Shown here: piece by piece, positions 59,320-64,000 of the stretch | Numbering within the stretch: position 1 is the stretch's first letter | Layout of the letters: each line of letters starts with the position of its first letter | Origin: Oligoflexia bacterium | GTDB taxonomy: Bacteria > Bdellovibrionota > Bdellovibrionia > JABDDW01 | Assembly: GCA_043732305.1 (NCBI GenBank) | Contig: JAYTHU010000170.1 | Span: forward strand, 32,001-96,000 | Length of the DNA: 64,000 bases | Reading direction: 5' to 3' | Made by a program: the position numbers and the translations under genes | Notes under the pieces: model-generated | Told to the model about the DNA's origin: nothing | The model's database searches: none | What the model saw: only the letters and a program-made list of their open reading frames with translations

Positions 59320-60703
59320 CTGAGTTGTTGATTCTTTTCTCTAACATAGCGACATCTCTAGCGAAATCCTCATTTATTAACAGTGACTCTTTGACCTTTG
59401 TTAACGAATGCAAAACCGTCGTGTGATCTCTCCCGCCAAACGCGCGACCAATTTCAGCCACACCAAGGTCTAGGACATTTCGGCACAAATACATCGCGAC
59501 CTGCCGAGGAATAACAATTGTTTTCACTCTTGTTGCCGATTTCAAGTCTTTGATTGAAACAGAAAATTTTTCACAAACCATTCGTTGGATGTCTTCAACG
59601 CACAGACCCTTTTTCTGAGTGTCCAAGAATTTAGAGAAAACGGCTTGGGCAAACTCATATGTGATTGGAGAACTCTGAAGTTCACTGTACATTCTTAATG
59701 TAGCCAAATGACCTTCGAGTTCGCGCACGCTCTTTCTAGATATTTGAGCGATAAGATAAATGACATTGTCTGGAAGTGCCAAACCATGACCTTCAGCTTT
59801 GTAACGAAGGATAGCCATCCGAGTTTCGATGTCTGGCGGCTGGATATCCACGGTTAGTCCCCACTCCAATCGAGTGCGTATTCGTTCTTCTAGGCCGTCG
59901 ATATCTCTTGGATACTTGTCGCTAGAGACGACTACTTGCTTATTCATCTCGTGAAAAGTGTTGAAGGTGTAGAAGAACTCTTCCTGGACCGCATCTTTAT
60001 TGGCTAAAATATGAATATCATCAATAATGAGAAGATCGCATTGTTCGCGGTAACGCTTTCTAAATTTTTCCATTTGTCCATGCCGGATACTGCCGACGAA
60101 GTCATTTAAAAATCTTTCGCCAGACACATAGCAAATTCTCAAGTGCGGGCGGTGGGCGCGAACTTCATTTCCAATCGCATTGAGCAAATGAGTTTTTCCC
60201 AGTCCAGAGGGCCCGTAGACAAAAAGCGGGTTCGCCGCCTTTCCCGGATTTTCCGAAACGCTGTGACAGGCGGCATGTGCCACTTGATTTCCTTGGCCCA
60301 CTACAAAAGATCCAAAAGTATACTCTGGGTTTAAAAAGTCACGTTTGAGTCTGGGATCGCTACCGTCGACGCGTCTGTTAGACGTTGTGCTGGTCTGGGG
60401 AGCGGGATCAAATAAAAGCTCATCGTTAATCGAGTTTGCAGCGACCGGACTGTTAACAATCACAATTTCGATTTGAAACGGTGAAGGAATTTGAGAAGCA
60501 ATCGCGGTTTCGAGCTCGGGCAAGAAATTAGAGTTAATAGACTCTTTATACATTGGGCCGGGCACACCGATTTTTAGAATTTTTCCTTGTGGAGAATCCT
60601 CCACACCCTCGAAGGATGTGGGTTCCAGCCATGTGGAAAACAATCGTTCCCCAACGTTATCTTTAAGAGTCGCAAGTATTTTGTTCCATGAGAAATCAGG
60701 CAT
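59303..60703 (-). CDS. dnaA: Chromosomal replication initiator DnaA
   Basis: LNPEYTF, NPLFVYGPSGLGKTHL, IIDDI, VRELEG, GGRDHTTVLH. Confidence 0.97.
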   Translation of the reverse strand: MPDFSWNKILATLKDNVGERLFSTWLEPTSFEGVEDSPQGKILKIGVPGPMYKESINSNFLPELETAIASQIPSPFQIEIVIVNSPVAANSINDELLFDPAPQTSTTSNRRVDGSDPRLKRDFLNPEYTFGSFVVGQGNQVAHAACHSVSENPGKAANPLFVYGPSGLGKTHLLNAIGNEVRAHRPHLRICYVSGERFLNDFVGSIRHGQMEKFRKRYREQCDLLIIDDIHILANKDAVQEEFFYTFNTFHEMNKQVVVSSDKYPRDIDGLEERIRTRLEWGLTVDIQPPDIETRMAILRYKAEGHGLALPDNVIYLIAQISRKSVRELEGHLATLRMYSELQSSPITYEFAQAVFSKFLDTQKKGLCVEDIQRMVCEKFSVSIKDLKSATRVKTIVIPRQVAMYLCRNVLDLGVAEIGRAFGGRDHTTVLHSLTKVKESLLINEDFARDVAMLEKRINNSEWISA

Positions 60704-60759
60704 AAATCCCCTTTTATTCTAAAGAACAGTTAGCAGAGATAGTAAAAACTTTCAATAGC

Positions 60760-60789
60760 TTGACAAAGGTACCGAATTATTGTTTTACT
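60760..60789 (+). promoter_or_regulatory. Candidate sigma70 promoter for rpmH
   Basis: TTGACA-N18-TTTACT with a TGn extension. Confidence 0.35.
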
Positions 60790-60866
60790 GCGCCTCTAAT
60801 TCGATCGTTATTGACGTTATTTTTCGAGTCGTACCTTATTCAGTGGTTTAGACAGAGGTTTTATAG

Positions 60867-61016
60867 ATGAAACGCACATATCAGCCCAGTCGTCGCAAAA
60901 GACTAAGAACACATGGATTCCTTATGAGAATGGCTACTAAAAACGGCCGTGCCGTCATAAGTCGTCGTCGAGCCAAGGGTCGCAAACGCCTTGCACCGAC
61001 CAACAGTTCCAAATAA
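60867..61016 (+). CDS. rpmH: 50S ribosomal protein L34
   Basis: Not in the ORF track (49 aa). Manual translation: [49 protein letters not shown]. Confidence 0.97.
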   Translation: MKRTYQPSRRKRLRTHGFLMRMATKNGRAVISRRRAKGRKRLAPTNSSK

Positions 61017-61353
61017 TAAGACAAAACTTAAAAAAAGAAGTGAATTCCTGAGGACTTACAATGGGAAGTCGCTTCGGCGTGAGTTTTTCACGCTCTATTC
61101 TATTCAAAACGATTTAGTTGCCAATCGGTTTGGAGTGACGGTTCCAAAAACAGTGGGAATCGCTGTTGTAAGAAATAGATATAAGAGATGGGCGCGGGAA
61201 GTTTTTCTGGGGCATAAAGATTTAGAAAATGGTTTGGATATTCACGTCTTTGTTGGTTCTAAAAGAAAAACGAAGAGTGATTTCAAAAAGCTTTCGCACC
61301 AAGAGTTTAAAAAAGAAGTGGAACAAGCGATTGATCAAATTTGTAGAAAATAA
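60991..61353 (+). CDS. rnpA: Ribonuclease P protein component
   Basis: [32 protein letters not shown]. The TTG start overlaps the rpmH end. Confidence 0.9.
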   Translation: MHRPTVPNNKTKLKKRSEFLRTYNGKSLRREFFTLYSIQNDLVANRFGVTVPKTVGIAVVRNRYKRWAREVFLGHKDLENGLDIHVFVGSKRKTKSDFKKLSHQEFKKEVEQAIDQICRK

Positions 61354-61573
61354 GCTTACAAGAGTATCCATTCTGTTCGTTCGAGTTTATCAAGGTACGT
61401 TTGCTTTGTTTTTAGGCGGAAACTGTCGTTTCTCTCCTTCTTGCTCTGAATATGCAAAAGAATCATTTGAAAAGTTTGGTTTCTTAAAAGGTCTTCAATT
61501 GACTACTTTGCGACTAAGCAAGTGTCATCCCCTGGGTAGTCATGGTTATGATCCCGTTGAGAAAGGTGAATAG
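61331..61573 (+). CDS. yidD: Membrane protein insertion efficiency factor YidD
   Basis: YQ...CRFSPSCSEYA...RLSKCHPLGSHGYDPV. Start uncertain; TTG 61331 chosen. Confidence 0.9.
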   Translation: MIKFVENKLTRVSILFVRVYQGTFALFLGGNCRFSPSCSEYAKESFEKFGFLKGLQLTTLRLSKCHPLGSHGYDPVEKGE

Positions 61574-61575
61574 TA

Positions 61576-63231
61576 ATGGAACAAAAAAATCCTTTTGATT
61601 CAAGAACGCTCATAGCCCTCGCCGTTTGTTTGGCAATGTGGTTTGGCTATCAGAAGTATCTCGAGACGAAATATCCCGACATGATGAAGCAAACGGCGCA
61701 GCAGGCGAGCAACACAAACAAGCCGGAAGCTGCCATCGCATCTAAAGACGGTAATTCCCCTTTACTGCCGCTGGGAAAAGAAACAGACGCTTTTCGGATG
61801 AAAAAATCCCAAGTGACTGAAACGGAAAAAACCTGGGTTTTTGAAAATGATCTTTGGAAAGTCTTGGTTTCAAACCACGGCGGAAAAATTCGAGAAGTTG
61901 AGCTTAAGAGATACTCATCTAGAAAATCAAAAGCTGAGTTGATTTTAATTGGCCATGAAGACAAGGGACTTTTAAACATATCCACCGATGGAAAAACGGC
62001 TCGTGATTTTGGCCAAGTTAATTTCCACATGGAAAGCCCTACTGCTGACAAGCTTATCTTAACTGGCGAGCTGGGCGGACAATCCCTCAGAAAAACTCTC
62101 ACGTTCCTGCCTGATAAATATACGGTCAATGTGAAGGTTGAAATTTCTGGTCAGGGCGCGCCACTTAAAACAATAATCGTCGAAAATGGATTAGAAGTTC
62201 CTAAGCAGGAAGAGTCTTCGGCAACTTCTTTTCTTTCTTTCGGACCAGCAGCAAATTCCAATTATCAGGAGTTCTTTTTCTATCATAAAAATAAAAAAGA
62301 ACGGGACGTGATAACTTACAAGGAAACGCCGGCTAAAACTATTGATCAAGTGCAATTGGCAGCCCTTGGTAGTCGCTATTTTACAACCCTATTCATCAAC
62401 AAAAGTAATGTTTTGCCTACTGCTCTGACGAGTAAAGTGGATGGTAATTCGATTTTAAAAATTAGTTATCCCGTGCTTGATGAAAGTGATTCTCAAAGAC
62501 TCGATTTCGACATGTATATGGGACCTAAATCACTTTCTCTGCTTGAGAGTGTAGATCCATCTTTGAATGTTGTTGTAGATTACGGAATGTTTTCGATTAT
62601 CGCGGTTCCGCTTCTGGGCGTGATGAAATGGTTCTACGGAATGGTAGGAAATTATGGTTTAGCCATCATTTTGCTTACTTTATTGGTCAGATCTCTTACT
62701 TTTCCGTTTACTTATCTCTCGTATAAATCAATGAAGGCGATGCAGACTATTCAACCTAAAGTCGCGGCACTCAAAGAACAGTACAAAGGAAACACTCAGG
62801 CATTCAATGTTGAAGTTATGAAACTTTATAAAGAGAATAAAGTTAATCCAATGGGCGGTTGTCTCCCCATGCTTCTTCAGCTGCCAATTTTTTGGGCTCT
62901 CTATCAAGTCCTTCAAAACTCCATTGAGCTTTACAAGGCGCCATTTTTTGGTTGGATTCTCGATCTCAGTCAAAAAGATCCGTATTATGTTTTGCCCGTA
63001 CTAATGGGCATTTCTATGTTTGCTCAACAAAAACTTACTCCTTCAACTATGGATCCCGCTCAAGCAAAAATGATGGCATTCATGCCCATCTTTTTCTCGT
63101 TCTTGATGTTTGGATTACCAAGTGGACTTACTCTCTATATTTTTGTGAGTACCGTCTTTGGAATTATTCAGCAATTATTCATAATGAAAGATAAAAAACC
63201 TCGCGCAACACAGGCGCTTACAACCTCTTAA
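61576..63231 (+). CDS. yidC: Membrane protein insertase YidC
   Basis: N-terminal TM, periplasmic domain, GNYGLAIILLT, NPMGGCLPMLLQLPIF, PSGLTLY. Confidence 0.96.
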   Translation: MEQKNPFDSRTLIALAVCLAMWFGYQKYLETKYPDMMKQTAQQASNTNKPEAAIASKDGNSPLLPLGKETDAFRMKKSQVTETEKTWVFENDLWKVLVSNHGGKIREVELKRYSSRKSKAELILIGHEDKGLLNISTDGKTARDFGQVNFHMESPTADKLILTGELGGQSLRKTLTFLPDKYTVNVKVEISGQGAPLKTIIVENGLEVPKQEESSATSFLSFGPAANSNYQEFFFYHKNKKERDVITYKETPAKTIDQVQLAALGSRYFTTLFINKSNVLPTALTSKVDGNSILKISYPVLDESDSQRLDFDMYMGPKSLSLLESVDPSLNVVVDYGMFSIIAVPLLGVMKWFYGMVGNYGLAIILLTLLVRSLTFPFTYLSYKSMKAMQTIQPKVAALKEQYKGNTQAFNVEVMKLYKENKVNPMGGCLPMLLQLPIFWALYQVLQNSIELYKAPFFGWILDLSQKDPYYVLPVLMGISMFAQQKLTPSTMDPAQAKMMAFMPIFFSFLMFGLPSGLTLYIFVSTVFGIIQQLFIMKDKKPRATQALTTS

Positions 63232-63237
63232 AAGGAG

Positions 63238-63852
63238 ATGCCCATGGCAAACTTTTTCTCTAGGCTCTTTGGTAAAAAATCCGATTCCGGTATGGAATCA
63301 ATCATGTCCGAAGTTGTGGAAGGCGTTATCAAACACGGCAATTTCAACTTGGATTACACTGTTTCATCTAATGCAGAAGCCATCACGATTAATTTCACCG
63401 GTGATGACGGACATCTTTTAACAGACAAAGACGCAATGGTTTTAGACGGCATGCAGACATTCCTAAAACGATTTATCCAAAATAAATATCCAGATAAAAA
63501 TCTCGAGGTGATTGTTGATTGCGATGGATATCTCGAAGCTTCCGCTCAAGATCTGAGAGATCTAGCCGATAAATTGAAGATCAATGTTTTGGAGCGTGGC
63601 CAAGCATCCTATGTGCGCGCGCTTCCTCCTCGCGATCGCAAAACTGTGCACCGTCATTTGGCTCTTGATGAAAGAGTTAAATCCCAAAGCATTGGCGAAG
63701 GTTTCTGTAAGAAAATAAAAATTTCTATCGCTGGCCAAAAGCGTGCAGATAATCGAGGGGAAACTCGCGGTGACAATCGCTCGGAAAACCGAAACGACAA
63801 CCGAGATAATCGCGGAAATAGACCTGTTGCTGACGAGACCCAAGGGGCATAA
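63238..63852 (+). CDS. jag: Jag/EloR (KhpB)-like KH + R3H RNA-binding protein lacking Jag_N
   Basis: Degenerate KH region, RDRKTVH (R3H), SQSIGEG; located between yidC and mnmE. Confidence 0.8.
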   Translation: MPMANFFSRLFGKKSDSGMESIMSEVVEGVIKHGNFNLDYTVSSNAEAITINFTGDDGHLLTDKDAMVLDGMQTFLKRFIQNKYPDKNLEVIVDCDGYLEASAQDLRDLADKLKINVLERGQASYVRALPPRDRKTVHRHLALDERVKSQSIGEGFCKKIKISIAGQKRADNRGETRGDNRSENRNDNRDNRGNRPVADETQGA

Positions 63853-63864
63853 GAGTATCGTCGC

Positions 63865-64000
63865 ATGTTAGGTGAAATCGACACCATCGCAGCTATAGCT
63901 ACATCAAAAGGAATCGCAGCACTGAGCATATTGAGAATTTCCGGAGAAAAAACTTCGGAAATTCTGAGGATGTGCTTTGTCTCAAAAGATCACGACTTTT
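63865..64000 (+). CDS. mnmE: tRNA modification GTPase MnmE, 5' fragment; runs off the window end
   Basis: MLGEIDTIAAIATSKGIAALSILRISG, the typical MnmE N-terminus, in the conserved position. Confidence 0.88.
   Translation, partial: MLGEIDTIAAIATSKGIAALSILRISGEKTSEILRMCFVSKDHDF

Overview
Origin-proximal chromosomal window from a moderately AT-rich diderm bacterium. Gene content and order fit Bdellovibrionota/Oligoflexia (former Deltaproteobacteria); this is an inference. The right end holds the origin cassette: mnmE(partial)-jag-yidC-yidD-rnpA-rpmH divergent from dnaA-[oriC]-dnaN-recF-gyrB-gyrA-TPR-atpZ/I/B/E. The rest is mostly housekeeping: hemW-grpE-dnaJ-lpoA-like, two convergent dksA paralogues, lon, an ftsK-dapF/A/B/L-fsa operon, rpsF-yybS-rplI-dnaB, and etfBA-three PPIases-pdxA-pmm-uvrA. 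There are also several secreted or lytic accessory genes. The best candidate for an undescribed system is a three-gene operon at 44301-49298: a MotB/ZorB-like protein with a very long coiled-coil spacer, a MotA/ZorA-like channel subunit with no long tail, and an FHA-coiled-coil-TM protein. It lies away from any flagellar, Ton/Tol or Zorya effector gene. Other notable points: a doubly frameshifted secreted-protein gene, a DUF374 acyltransferase fused to an internal lipoprotein-PDZ module, a UvrA whose insertion domain is replaced by an acidic linker, a sigma54-preceded exported C1B protease, and operons lacking rpsR, lysA and dnaK/hrcA. No rRNA, tRNA, CRISPR array or mobile element was recognised. 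All calls come from motif recognition by eye; no searches were run.
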